64,000 nucleotides of DNA from Symbiobacterium thermophilum (lineage in GTDB: Bacteria > Bacillota > Sulfobacillia > UBA995): assembly GCA_020725145.1 (NCBI GenBank), contig DYFO01000002.1, forward strand, positions 7,777 to 71,776, read 5' to 3'. Position numbers and translations under genes: made by a program. Positions within the stretch are counted from its first letter, which is position 1; each line of letters opens with the position of its first letter. This document shows, in pieces, positions 8,742 to 19,484 of this stretch. The notes under the pieces are model-generated. The model was not told the origin of the DNA, did not search any database, and saw nothing but the letters and a program-made list of their open reading frames with translations.

Positions 8742-9867
8742 ATGCGCGGAAAAAGTCGAGGAGCTTCGTCTGCAACTCCGCCACCCGCTCCAGCCGCAGG
8801 CTGTAGTAGATGTAGTTGCCTTCCTTCTCGCTGGTGATCAGCTCCGCCTCGCGCAGCAGCTTGAGATGGCGAGATACGGTGGGCTCCGCCAAATCGAGCT
8901 CGCTTGCCAGCTCCTGAGTAAAGCGCCGCTTCTCGGCCATCAGCTTCAGGATCCTGAGACGGGTGTCGTCGGCCAGCACTTTGAGCAGCAGCGAGAGGTT
9001 CTCCGGCGGGTTCAGGGTATCCCGGCGCAGATAGACTCCGGGGGACACCGGATAGGACACGATGATCCGCCGGGGTTGGTTCACCAGCAAGGTCTCGGGG
9101 TAGACGAACACCGATGGGAACAGCTGAATGCGATCTAGTCCTCCAAGCTCGCGCGGGGTGGCGGAGCGGCCCGCGCGTGGCACCAGCCGTCGTTCTCCGT
9201 CCCAGGCAAGCGCGCCACGGCAGACCCGGGGCAAGAACTCCCAGGGATCCCCGGCTTCGAGCTCGATCGATGACTCCTTGATGCTGCGGATGAGGAGAAG
9301 CTCTATCCAGTAGAACTCATCGTGGAAGTAGCGGTCCCAGTACGAGGTAAGCAGCTGCCCCAGCCGTGTCCTTGCCAGGTTGACGTCGCCGATGATCTCC
9401 ACCACCGCCGCCTCGTCCTCGGAGGAGGCCACTCCCAGCCGTTCCATCAGGTCGTCGAGGGTCGCCTCACCGCTCAGCACGGCAAAGACCTCCTGCCGGC
9501 TCACGCGGTCTCCGAGGAGGCGGGCGACGAACGACGCCTCATCGAGACTTCCCAGCCAGTCTACGAGGGCGTTGACCCCGAGATCCTGGACACCGGGAAA
9601 ACCGAGAACCCCCTCGGCCACGTTGATCCAGCGGTCACAGTGATCGCCGAAGTAGCGCAGTTCGCGCATGAGCTCGGGGCTGATCTTCTCTCGAAAGCGC
9701 ACCATCCAGGGAAGCAGCACGCCGTGTCGCTCGGGATCGTGCAGTACATGCAGGCTGAGCAGCATCTCTACCAGGGGCGAGTAGAAAAACGCGATCTTGC
9801 GCCGCAAAACACCGGCCAGATCATCCGGCAACCGGATACCCCTCTCCTCAGTTAGATGCTTAGCCAA
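8740..9867 (-). CDS. ArsR/SmtB-family winged-helix regulator with a ~280-aa N-terminal domain of unknown function
   Basis: The C-terminal ~90 aa (LLKVLADDTRLRILKLMAEKRRFTQELASELDLAEPTVSRHLKLLREAELI) is a classic ArsR HTH. The N-terminal domain resembles the DUF5937-type extension; this is recollection, not verified. TTG start with a GGAGG RBS. Confidence 0.8.
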   Translation of the reverse strand: MAKHLTEERGIRLPDDLAGVLRRKIAFFYSPLVEMLLSLHVLHDPERHGVLLPWMVRFREKISPELMRELRYFGDHCDRWINVAEGVLGFPGVQDLGVNALVDWLGSLDEASFVARLLGDRVSRQEVFAVLSGEATLDDLMERLGVASSEDEAAVVEIIGDVNLARTRLGQLLTSYWDRYFHDEFYWIELLLIRSIKESSIELEAGDPWEFLPRVCRGALAWDGERRLVPRAGRSATPRELGGLDRIQLFPSVFVYPETLLVNQPRRIIVSYPVSPGVYLRRDTLNPPENLSLLLKVLADDTRLRILKLMAEKRRFTQELASELDLAEPTVSRHLKLLREAELITSEKEGNYIYYSLRLERVAELQTKLLDFFRA

Positions 9868-9885
9868 CCGCGCAATTCCTCCGCC

Positions 9886-9914
9886 ATTCTATCCTGCCGC
9901 CACGAGGCTGTCAA
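9886..9914 (-). promoter_or_regulatory. Near-consensus sigma-A promoter (P2) for the ArsR-family gene
   Basis: Minus strand reads TTGACA-17 nt-TAGAAT, followed by GGCGGAGGAATTGCGCGG-TTG (the start at 9867). Confidence 0.7.
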
Positions 9915-9928
9915 CCCGCGCGGGGCCC

Positions 9929-9966
9929 ACACAAAGAAAGAAGCCCTGAACGGGCGCTCAGGGCCT
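9929..9966 (-). terminator. Rho-independent terminator (minus strand)
   Basis: Minus strand reads AGGCCCUGA-gcgcccgu-UCAGGGCUU followed by CUUUCUUUGUGU. Confidence 0.7.
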
Positions 9967-10058
9967 TCCAAGGAGGATTGGGTTGTGGATTGAAACCTAC
10001 CGGGCGAGCCCGGGCGTTCGCTTGATTAGCTAGTTAGCTAACTGCCTAACCGTTTCCT
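9929..10058 (-). ncRNA. Candidate small RNA (~125 nt) bounded by promoter P1 and an intrinsic terminator
   Basis: No ORF. The predicted transcript contains a TTAGCU-AACU-AGCUAA hairpin, a CCGGG-CUCG-CCCGG hairpin, a C-rich single-stranded stretch CCACAACCCAAUCCUCCUUGG (anti-Shine-Dalgarno CCUCC), then the terminator. I do not recognise it as a known RNA family. Confidence 0.45.
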
Positions 10059-10064
10059 GAGATT

Positions 10065-10094
10065 ATTCTACTCCGATGGCCTTGCGACTGTCAA
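10065..10094 (-). promoter_or_regulatory. Near-consensus sigma-A promoter (P1) just downstream of the guaB stop
   Basis: Minus strand reads TTGACA-18 nt-TAGAAT in a locally AT-rich patch of an otherwise very GC-rich window. Confidence 0.6.
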
Positions 10095-10127
10095 GGGGGT
10101 GAGGCGAAAATCCTTCCGGGTCCGCCC

Positions 10128-11927
<1,800 letters not shown>

Positions 11928-13424
11928 TTACCTTCCGTCGCGGCCGGGAACGGTCCACCGAATACGGGGACCGGCAGGAGGACAGGTTCGACATTCGCCT
12001 GCCGTCAGCCTTGCCGCCATCGCGTGGGCTACCTTCCAAATGTCGCCCGCCCCCATGGTGATCACCAGATCGCCGGGCAGCGCGGTGGATAACAGATGCT
12101 CAACGATGGCCGCATGATCTTCGAGGTACGCTACCGGCCTACCCTCGTATTGCTCCACCAGCCGGGCCAGGGAGCTTGAGGAAACCCCGGGGATGGGGCG
12201 CTCCCCGGGCGGCGAGTAGATGGGAGCCAGCACCAGGTGATCCGCGTGGGTGAAAGCCCGTACGAACTCACCCATGAGGTTGCGGGTTCTGACGTAGCGC
12301 TGGGGCTGAAACACCGCCAGCACGCGGCCGGCGGCACGTTGGCGTGCGGCGGCGAGCGTCTCCCGGATCTCGGTGGGGTGGTGGGCGTAGTCATCCACCA
12401 CGGTGATCCCGCCGGCCTCCGCGCATATCTCGAAGCGCCGGCGGGCCCCCCTGAAATGTCGCAAGGTCTCCGCCAGCGGCCCGAAGTCCAAACCGAGCTC
12501 CATGCCCACCGCCAGGGCAGCCAGGGCGTTGAGGACGTTGTGGCGGCCCGGGATCTCCAGCCTGGCCCCTCCTAGCTCCCGGTTCCCCCAGAACACCCGG
12601 AAGCTCGTGCCCCGCCGGTCGGGCTCCAGCCAGACGGCCCGCAGCCCTCGCTGCTCACGGAACCCGTAGTTGAGCACGCGCAACCCGGGCGGTGCCCGGA
12701 GCTTTCGTACCGCAACGTCGTCGCTGCAGAGCACGGCCAGCCCGCCGGGCCTCACGTTGCCGAGGAACTGGCGGTAGGCCTCGAGGACGCGGGCGAAGTC
12801 ACCACCGTAGAATTCGAGGTGCTCGGGTTCGATGCTGGTGATCACGGCGATCGCCGGCCGATAGCGCAGGAAGGAGCGATCGCTTTCGTCCGCCTCTGCC
12901 ACCAGGTAGGGTCCCCGCCCCAGGCGTGCGGTCCCTCCGATGGGCTCGAAGTCCCCTCCCACCAGTACGGTAGGATCCAGGCCCAATCGCGTCAGCAGGA
13001 AGGCGATCATGGCGGTGGTGGTGGTCTTGCCGTGGGTCCCGGTGACGGCCACCGCGTGACGCGAGTCCATGAGCCGACCCAGCATCTCCGAGCGGTGGAG
13101 GATGGGAACTCCCGCCTTACGTGCCTGGACGAGCTCGGGGTTGGTGGCGGGCACGTCGGTGCTGTAGACGACCGCGTCCGCCCCTTCGACGTTGGCCGGG
13201 CAGTGCCCAAGTGACACCCTCACCCCGCGGGCGGCCAGGCGCCGGGTGCGTTCGGAGGCGTGTACGTCGGAGCCGGTCACCTCGTAGCCCATCTCCGCAA
13301 GTACGTGGGCGACGGCACTCATCCCGTAGCCGCCTATCCCGACGAAGTGGACACGTCGGAGGTCGCCGCGGCACACGACGGGAAAGTCCCGGCCGCCGTC
13401 GGGTGTGCGCTCGAGTTCCGCCAA
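11928..13424 (-). CDS. murC: UDP-N-acetylmuramate--L-alanine ligase
   Basis: 498 aa with VHFVGIGGYGMSAVAHVL, GTHGKTTTTAMI and DDYAHHPTEI motifs. Confidence 0.95.
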   Translation of the reverse strand: MAELERTPDGGRDFPVVCRGDLRRVHFVGIGGYGMSAVAHVLAEMGYEVTGSDVHASERTRRLAARGVRVSLGHCPANVEGADAVVYSTDVPATNPELVQARKAGVPILHRSEMLGRLMDSRHAVAVTGTHGKTTTTAMIAFLLTRLGLDPTVLVGGDFEPIGGTARLGRGPYLVAEADESDRSFLRYRPAIAVITSIEPEHLEFYGGDFARVLEAYRQFLGNVRPGGLAVLCSDDVAVRKLRAPPGLRVLNYGFREQRGLRAVWLEPDRRGTSFRVFWGNRELGGARLEIPGRHNVLNALAALAVGMELGLDFGPLAETLRHFRGARRRFEICAEAGGITVVDDYAHHPTEIRETLAAARQRAAGRVLAVFQPQRYVRTRNLMGEFVRAFTHADHLVLAPIYSPPGERPIPGVSSSSLARLVEQYEGRPVAYLEDHAAIVEHLLSTALPGDLVITMGAGDIWKVAHAMAARLTAGECRTCPPAGPRIRWTVPGRDGR

Positions 13425-13483
13425 GCCCAGCCCCCCATGACCCGGGTACCACTTATGTGGCTAGTTTACCCGGCTCATGCGCC

Positions 13484-14053
13484 TCATCCCGACCTTGGCT
13501 CGGCGCGGATCACCCTGGCGGGGACACCTCCCGCCAGCACCCCTTCAGGGAGGTCGCGGTTTACCAGCGACCCGGCGGAGACAACGGTGCGATCGCCCAC
13601 CGTCACCCCGGGCAGCACCGTCGTGTTCGCCCCGATGACGACTTCGCGGCCGACGATCACGCGTCCCGTCCGGTACTCGTCGATCAGGAACTCGTGGGCC
13701 AGGATGGTGGCACCGTACCCGACTATACTATTCTCCCCTATCTCGATGAGTTCGGGGAAGAAGACGTCGAACATTGCCATCAGACCCACCGCGACTCCCC
13801 GCCCCACCCGCATACCGGCCCAGCGGTACAAAGCGTTCTTGAGACCCAGCCAGGGGACGAGGCGGGCAAGATAGATTATGAGGAAGTTTCTCGCGACACG
13901 CCAGAACGGCACGGCCCGTCGCCAGTGCCACAGGGAATTGGGACGCGGCGTCGGGGTGGCACTGAGCCGGCGGGGACGCTCGGGTATCTGCTGCTCCAGC
14001 ACGGGCCCGTCACCTCGCGAGGCTTCAGAACTGGGGATATCCACAATATCCAC
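13484..14053 (-). CDS. Hexapeptide-repeat (left-handed beta-helix) acyltransferase with an N-terminal hydrophobic helix
   Basis: 189 aa. Repeats IGENSIVGYGATI...VIGANTTVLPGVTVGDRTVVSAGSLV. The substrate cannot be assigned. Confidence 0.7.
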   Translation of the reverse strand: MDIVDIPSSEASRGDGPVLEQQIPERPRRLSATPTPRPNSLWHWRRAVPFWRVARNFLIIYLARLVPWLGLKNALYRWAGMRVGRGVAVGLMAMFDVFFPELIEIGENSIVGYGATILAHEFLIDEYRTGRVIVGREVVIGANTTVLPGVTVGDRTVVSAGSLVNRDLPEGVLAGGVPARVIRAEPRSG

Positions 14054-14080
14054 AGCTTTATCCCCAGGACAAGATGGACG

Positions 14081-15217
14081 CTAACTGCGATTTCCCGGGT
14101 TGTCCCCATTTCCGGCCCGGCGGGTATCCACCTCGTCCACAGCCGGAGGCCGGCCGAGAGGAAGGCTCGGGTCAACCACGGGGTCAAGCCAGGCGGTGCC
14201 CCTGGCCATCGCATGCCATGCCGCGCAGGCCACCATGGCCGCATTGTCGGTGCAAAGGTGCGCCGGCGGCACCCAGGCTTCCAACCCTGCGGCGGCGGCG
14301 CGCGCCCGAACCTCGCGCCTGAGAACGGAGTTGGCCGCCACGCCACCCGAAATGCCCACACCCTTCACGCCAAGGCGGCTGCCGGCCAAGACCAGCTTCG
14401 CCGCCAGCACCTCGGCGCAGGCCTGCTGGAAAGATGCTGCCACATCCTGGGGGTTGGGCTCGGCGCCCCCGGCTTGCATGCGGCGAACGTAGGTGGCCAC
14501 CGCCGTCTTCAACCCGCTGAAGCTGAAATCGTAGCTGTCTTCCTCCAGGTAGGCCCGAGGAAAGCGGATCGCTCCGGGATCGCCATCGCGGCCGAGCCGA
14601 TCGATGGCGGGCCCACCGGGGTAGCCCAGCCCCAGGACCCGGGCGACCTTATCGAAGGCCTCGCCGGCAGCATCGTCGCGCGTGCGTCCGAGAACCTCAA
14701 GGTCGCCGTGGTCCCGCCAGAAGATAAGGTCGGTATGCCCACCCGAAACCACCAGGCAGACCGCGGGAAGGGCAAACCCCGCGGCGTGCCTTGAAGGCAG
14801 GAAGTGCGCGTAGAGGTGGGCCTCAAGGTGATTGACGCCCACCAGCGGTATCTCCAGGGCGCAGGCTACGGCGCGGGCAACCGTCACCCCCACCAGCAGC
14901 GAACCTACCAGGCCGGGACCGGCGGTAACCGCGATCGCGCCGATCTCGTCCAGGTCACGGCCTGCCTCTGCCAGCGCGTGCCGCAGTACGGGAATGACCG
15001 TCTCCAGGTGCCGGCGTGAGGCGATTTCCGGTACCACCCCACCGTACCGCCGGTGAAGGGCAGCCTGCGAGGCCACCACGTTTGACTCAAGACGACCGTC
15101 GGTATCCATGACCGCCGCAGCTGTCTCGTCACAGCTGGTTTCCAGGGCCAGCAGTGCCGCGCGGTCAGGTAGGCACAGGGCGGATCGCCTCCTTCTCCAT
15201 GATAAGGGCATCCTCAC
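14081..15217 (-). CDS. tsaD: tRNA N6-adenosine threonylcarbamoyltransferase TsaD
   Basis: LALETSCDETAAAV plus the HLEAH and GGVAAN motifs. The start is uncertain: an in-frame CTG about 9 nt after AAGGAGG (giving MCLPDRAALLALETS) would remove the 53-nt overlap with rimI. Confidence 0.9.
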   Translation of the reverse strand: MRMPLSWRRRRSALCLPDRAALLALETSCDETAAAVMDTDGRLESNVVASQAALHRRYGGVVPEIASRRHLETVIPVLRHALAEAGRDLDEIGAIAVTAGPGLVGSLLVGVTVARAVACALEIPLVGVNHLEAHLYAHFLPSRHAAGFALPAVCLVVSGGHTDLIFWRDHGDLEVLGRTRDDAAGEAFDKVARVLGLGYPGGPAIDRLGRDGDPGAIRFPRAYLEEDSYDFSFSGLKTAVATYVRRMQAGGAEPNPQDVAASFQQACAEVLAAKLVLAGSRLGVKGVGISGGVAANSVLRREVRARAAAAGLEAWVPPAHLCTDNAAMVACAAWHAMARGTAWLDPVVDPSLPLGRPPAVDEVDTRRAGNGDNPGNRS

Positions 15218-15605
15218 CGGTGTCGGTGTAGTATTTTCTGCGCACCCCGCGCACCACGAATCCGTGCCTGACGTACAGGCGCTGCGCCACGAGGTTGGAC
15301 CGCCTCACCTCCAGCGTGGCCCGGGTGGCTCCCAGCCCGGCCGCCAGCTCGATCAGCGCCCCGAGCACCCGGCTCCCCAGCCCTCGGCCCCGCATGGCCG
15401 GCGCGACCGCGAGCGTGGTGATGTGAGCCTCGTCGAGCACCACCCACATGCCGCCATAGCCCACTATGGCTTCCCCTATGCAGGCCACCAGGTAGTGCGC
15501 ATAGGCATTGTCGCCGAGCTCCCGACGGTAGGCCGCCCGTGACCAGGGCGTAGGGAAAGAAGCCTCCTCGATGGCCATCACTTCGTCCAGATCCTCGGGA
15601 CGCAT
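15165..15605 (-). CDS. rimI: Ribosomal-protein-alanine N-acetyltransferase RimI (GNAT)
   Basis: Only the C-terminal 146 aa of the 292-aa track ORF looks real (MRPEDLDEVMAIEEASFPTPW...RGRGLG...). The true start may lie up to about 45 nt upstream, next to the tsaB stop. Confidence 0.8.
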   Translation of the reverse strand: MRPEDLDEVMAIEEASFPTPWSRAAYRRELGDNAYAHYLVACIGEAIVGYGGMWVVLDEAHITTLAVAPAMRGRGLGSRVLGALIELAAGLGATRATLEVRRSNLVAQRLYVRHGFVVRGVRRKYYTDTGEDALIMEKEAIRPVPT

Positions 15606-15649
15606 CCGGCGGATGGCGGGCTTGTCGGCTGCTTGCCGATAGATGCGTG

Positions 15650-16351
15650 TCAGCTCTCGCAAAGCCGTTCGGCCTCCGACCGTTTCAGATAAAGCGGCAC
15701 AAGCTCCGCGGGATCGCCGCCTTCGCCGGCCCGCAGCCGTTCTCTGCCGAGGGCGGCGGCTACCAGTGCCCGTGGATAGGCTGCCTCCCGCGGAGCTACC
15801 CAGACCTCCGGACCCAATTCCCTGCGGAGAAGCGAAGCGTGCTTGAGCGCAGCGTCCCCCAGGAAACACACCGGCCGGCCCGCCACGCCGAGCTCCCGCA
15901 GGTGCAGCAGGAACTTGGCCATCGGCAGGTTGAGGTATCCGGTCAACGGTCCCTCGGCCAAAGGGGTATTCTGGTAGACTGCCCCGTACACCTCCCCGCG
16001 TCTGGCGTCGAGGACGGGCGATACTACAAGACCCGGAACCCAAACCGCGGCCGCCATTATGTCCAGCGTGCTGACGCCGACGGCCGGTATCGACAGAGCG
16101 TAGGCGAGTCCCTTGGCGGCCGCTACCGCGATGCGGATGCCGGTGAAAGACCCGGGTCCCACACCGGCGACCACCGCGTCAATCCGGCGTGGACCTACGC
16201 CGGTGGAATCGAGGAGCGTTCGGATGGCACGCATGAGGTTCTCGGCGTGGGCGCCGGGACCGCGCAGATTCAGCTCGGCCCCAGGACCGTCCGGCGAGTC
16301 AAGGGCCACCGTGAGCACCGCCGTTGCCGCGTCAACCGCCAGGATCCTCAC
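15650..16351 (-). CDS. tsaB: tRNA threonylcarbamoyladenosine biosynthesis protein TsaB
   Basis: 233 aa starting MRILAVDAATAVLTVAL, with GPGSFTGIRIAVAAAKGLA. Conserved tsaE-tsaB-rimI-tsaD order. Confidence 0.9.
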   Translation of the reverse strand: MRILAVDAATAVLTVALDSPDGPGAELNLRGPGAHAENLMRAIRTLLDSTGVGPRRIDAVVAGVGPGSFTGIRIAVAAAKGLAYALSIPAVGVSTLDIMAAAVWVPGLVVSPVLDARRGEVYGAVYQNTPLAEGPLTGYLNLPMAKFLLHLRELGVAGRPVCFLGDAALKHASLLRRELGPEVWVAPREAAYPRALVAAALGRERLRAGEGGDPAELVPLYLKRSEAERLCES

Positions 16352-16369
16352 CCTTAAACCCGCCCTCCG

Positions 16370-16888
16370 TCACAGACGTGGCCGCCACGCTTCCCGGAAC
16401 TCGGCCAGCAACGTCCGGTAGCGATCACCGCGGGCCAGAAATCGCAGGTGACGATGCTGGTCACAGGCGCCGGGGTCAAAGGCGATGTCCACCTCGAGGT
16501 GCTCCGGCAGCCACTTGGCCACGCGATCCGCCCACTCCAGAACCACTACGCCCGGCCCGTCAACGAATTCCCCAAGACCTATCTCCTCAGCCTCGTCGGC
16601 GGATGCCAGCCGGTAGGCGTCGACGTGCCACACCGGGAGGCGCCCCCGGTGGTGGTGCACCAGCATGAAGGTCGGACTGGTCACACGATCGCGCACTCCC
16701 AGCCCGGCCAGGATGCCTTGGGCGAGGCATGTCTTGCCGCTTCCCACGGGACCGGTCAGCGCCAGCCAGTCCCCCGCCCTGAGCAGGCTGCCGAGCAGCT
16801 TGCCCAGAGATCTGGTCTCGTCCGCAGACCGCGTGGTCAGCGCAAGCCGGGTCAGGCCGTCACTTGCGGCAAGCGGCAAAGTGGTCAA
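16370..16888 (-). CDS. tsaE: tRNA t6A ATPase TsaE
   Basis: 172 aa with Walker A LTGPVGSGKTCLAQGI and SPTFMLVHHH. Confidence 0.9.
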   Translation of the reverse strand: MTTLPLAASDGLTRLALTTRSADETRSLGKLLGSLLRAGDWLALTGPVGSGKTCLAQGILAGLGVRDRVTSPTFMLVHHHRGRLPVWHVDAYRLASADEAEEIGLGEFVDGPGVVVLEWADRVAKWLPEHLEVDIAFDPGACDQHRHLRFLARGDRYRTLLAEFREAWRPRL

Positions 16889-17888
16889 ACCCCCGCGGGG
16901 GGATTACTTCCTCGCGTCCGTCGCCGTCGACCAGGAAGATCTCTCCCTCCCCCCTCACGATTTCCCCGACCACCGTCAGGCTATCCCGGGCCGGCGCCGT
17001 CGCCAGCGCCACGTCGACGGCCCCTGCCGGCAAGGCGGCCAGGAGCTCGTAGTCCTCGCCGCCGGTCAGTGCCCAAGCGAGCGGGCTCACGCCGCAAGCC
17101 CGGGCGACCGCCGCGGTCACCGGGTCGATCGGAAGGCGCTCCCGCCAGAGGCGGGCCGATAACCCCGGCCCGCTCAGACGCAAAAGGTGCCCGAGGTCCT
17201 GCGCGAGGCCGTCGCTCAGGTCGATCATCGCGGTCGCTCCTGATGCGGCCAGCGCCCGGCCAACGGTCAGCCGGGGACGGGGCCGCAAGAAAGCCTGTGC
17301 CGCCATCCGTGCCTGGTCTGCATGCAGCGAAGTCGGAGCCGGAGGCGTCTCCAGCACGGCCAGCCCGGCAGCCCCCTTGCCGAGGTCGCCGGTCACCACC
17401 AGGACGTCGCCGGGCCGCGCCCCCTCGCGCGTTACCACCCGGCCAGGTTCGGCTTCGCCCAGCACGGCCACGTCGGCGATGATCAGCGGGGTACGGCAGG
17501 TGTCGCCGCCTACCACGCTCACCGCGTACTGCTGACAGGCCTCGCCCAGACCACGATAGAACTCCTCGGGCCACGAGGGCACCAGGTCAGCCGGCACACC
17601 GAGGGAAACCAGTGCAAAGCGGGGCTGTCCTCCCATGGCGGCGATGTCGCTCAGACCGACCGCCACTGCCTTCCATCCTGCGTCGCGGGGTGAACACCAC
17701 GCGGTCCGGAAGTGCACGCCCTCCACCAGCAGGTCAGAGGTGGCCAACCACGCGTGCTTACCGCCGAGGTCGAGCACCGCGGCGTCATCGCCGATGCCAA
17801 GGAGCACGGCGGGATCGGGTGGCACGCGCCTGACCAGGCCCGCCAGACGTTCGATCAGGTCGAATTCCCCCAAGGATTCGGGACGCAC
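16860..17888 (-). CDS. thiL: Thiamine-monophosphate kinase
   Basis: 342 aa, AIR-synthase-like fold, with GEFDLIERL, GIGDDAAVL and GGDT motifs. Confidence 0.85.
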   Translation of the reverse strand: MRPESLGEFDLIERLAGLVRRVPPDPAVLLGIGDDAAVLDLGGKHAWLATSDLLVEGVHFRTAWCSPRDAGWKAVAVGLSDIAAMGGQPRFALVSLGVPADLVPSWPEEFYRGLGEACQQYAVSVVGGDTCRTPLIIADVAVLGEAEPGRVVTREGARPGDVLVVTGDLGKGAAGLAVLETPPAPTSLHADQARMAAQAFLRPRPRLTVGRALAASGATAMIDLSDGLAQDLGHLLRLSGPGLSARLWRERLPIDPVTAAVARACGVSPLAWALTGGEDYELLAALPAGAVDVALATAPARDSLTVVGEIVRGEGEIFLVDGDGREEVIPPRGFDHFAACRK

Positions 17889-17889
17889 C

Positions 17890-18606
17890 TTATGCCTCCC
17901 GGCGCTGACGCAGGGCGAGGTAGCGGGCGCGAACCTGGTTGAAATCCTCCCATACCGGTCGCTTCTTCCCCGGATCGCGCAAGACGGCAGCGGGGTGAAA
18001 CGTCGCCAGCAGCAACAGGCCGTCTCGCTCGTGCCAGCGTCCGCGGGCCCGCGTTACGCTCAAGCCCGGCGAGATCAGGGCCTGCGCCGCCAGGGCGCCG
18101 AGGCAAAGGACGATCCGGGGCCGGATGATCGCCAGTTTCTCCTCAAGCCACGGAAGGCACGAAGCCACCTCTTCCGGTCGCGGCACGCGGTTACCCGGAG
18201 GCCGACACATCACCACGTTGGTGATGAATACCTCCTGCCGTCGGAACCCCGCCGCCTCCAGGATGCGGTCCAGCAACTGCCCGGCGGGACCGACGAAGGG
18301 CCGTCCGAGGTCATCCTCGACTTTCCCCGGTCCCTCACCCACCAGCATCAGCTGCGCCCGGGGATCTCCCTCACCGAAGACCACCGCCCGGCAGCCTTCC
18401 CGCAACCCGCAGCGGCGGCATGCCGCCGCCTGGCGGGCCAGGCTCTGGAGCCTGCCGGCTGCGTCCGGCCCGACGGCGAGGTCGGGCCACAGCTCCATCT
18501 GGTGGGCCACTTCATCCCGCGGCGGAGCAACGGCGGCAAGGTGGCCGCCGACTTCGGGCCCATGCGCGTCCTCACCGGGGAACAGCTGGAGCTGGCGATG
18601 CCCCAT
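17890..18606 (-). CDS. udg: Family 4 uracil-DNA glycosylase (Fe-S type)
   Basis: 238 aa with CRRCGLREGC and MLVGEGPGKVEDDLGRPFVGPAGQLL motifs. Confidence 0.85.
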   Translation of the reverse strand: MGHRQLQLFPGEDAHGPEVGGHLAAVAPPRDEVAHQMELWPDLAVGPDAAGRLQSLARQAAACRRCGLREGCRAVVFGEGDPRAQLMLVGEGPGKVEDDLGRPFVGPAGQLLDRILEAAGFRRQEVFITNVVMCRPPGNRVPRPEEVASCLPWLEEKLAIIRPRIVLCLGALAAQALISPGLSVTRARGRWHERDGLLLLATFHPAAVLRDPGKKRPVWEDFNQVRARYLALRQRREA

Positions 18607-18608
18607 GG

Positions 18609-19481
18609 TTACCCCTCGCCCTGCGGTGTTCGCGGCGCTGTGCCGGCGGCCTGGTCGCGGTGGCTGCGCACGAGGGACAGGTAACGGTCGGGCAGCCTGG
18701 GATCGAGCTGGGCCAGCTTCTCACATGCCAGTCGCCCGACGGCAGCGGCCGCCGGGCAAGAGGGCCGGCAGGGGACGAAGTCGCGCACGAAGTAGGCCAA
18801 CGGTTCACCGGCTTCCGCGGTCGCCTGCGGAAGCTCGCCTTCCCCCTTGCGTCTTGACCGCACGTAGGCCTGCACGCAGCAGTCCGGGTAGCCGAGGAGT
18901 TCCCCCATCGCCTGCACGTACTCCTCGGAACGTTCCTCCGGATACACGAAGAAGAGGGCAGGCATTCCCGGCCGGAAGACCGCCCTGGCCTCTTCACGAA
19001 TACGTTCTCTTAGCTCCATCAGCGAGGACAGCCTGCTTCCCACGGCCGCGTCGCGGTAAAGGAATAGCTCGCGAATGCTGGGCCGAACCTCGGCCTCAAG
19101 CGTTCGCAGGCCCAAGGCGGACGCCCATTGCCGGTGTGCGCGGTAAGTGGCCGACTGGCGTAGTACGGCCGTGACCACCTCCTGCAGGAGCATGGTCTTG
19201 TAGGCGACAGGACTCCGCATCGCCCTGAGAAACAGGTGACGCAACCGATTGAGCAGGTTCGCCCCCGACCCGAGTTCAGGATCGGTTCCCCGGTAATAGC
19301 GGCTTGCGAACCTCGCATCGATCTCCTGGCCGATCGCGGCCGCGTCGGGGAACTCGGCAGGGTAGGTGAGCATTCCCAGCCGTCTTACACCTGCGGCCAG
19401 CAGGAGGTAGTCGTCAAGCTTCACCCGCTCGCTAACCGCCTCGTCGGCCAGCAGGCGCGTGACGAGGTTCGGGTCGATCAT
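18609..19481 (-). CDS. Hypothetical Cys-motif protein (DUF483-like by recollection)
   Basis: 290 aa containing LLGYPDCCVQAY and FVPCRPSCPAAA. There is no catalytic family I can name. Gaps to both neighbours are only 2-3 nt. Confidence 0.55.
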   Translation of the reverse strand: MIDPNLVTRLLADEAVSERVKLDDYLLLAAGVRRLGMLTYPAEFPDAAAIGQEIDARFASRYYRGTDPELGSGANLLNRLRHLFLRAMRSPVAYKTMLLQEVVTAVLRQSATYRAHRQWASALGLRTLEAEVRPSIRELFLYRDAAVGSRLSSLMELRERIREEARAVFRPGMPALFFVYPEERSEEYVQAMGELLGYPDCCVQAYVRSRRKGEGELPQATAEAGEPLAYFVRDFVPCRPSCPAAAAVGRLACEKLAQLDPRLPDRYLSLVRSHRDQAAGTAPRTPQGEG

Positions 19482-19484
19482 CGT

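Noticed and set aside
9971-9992. A plus-strand AAGGAGG followed by GTG GAT TGA, as a possible mini-ORF.
   Set aside because: It has only two codons. The RBS-like sequence is better explained as the complement of the C-rich anti-SD stretch of the minus-strand sRNA candidate.
13484-14053. The hexapeptide acyltransferase as part of a polysaccharide or cell-wall modification island.
   Set aside because: It is a single gene between murC and tsaD, with no glycosyltransferases or flippases nearby, so there is not enough context to say more.
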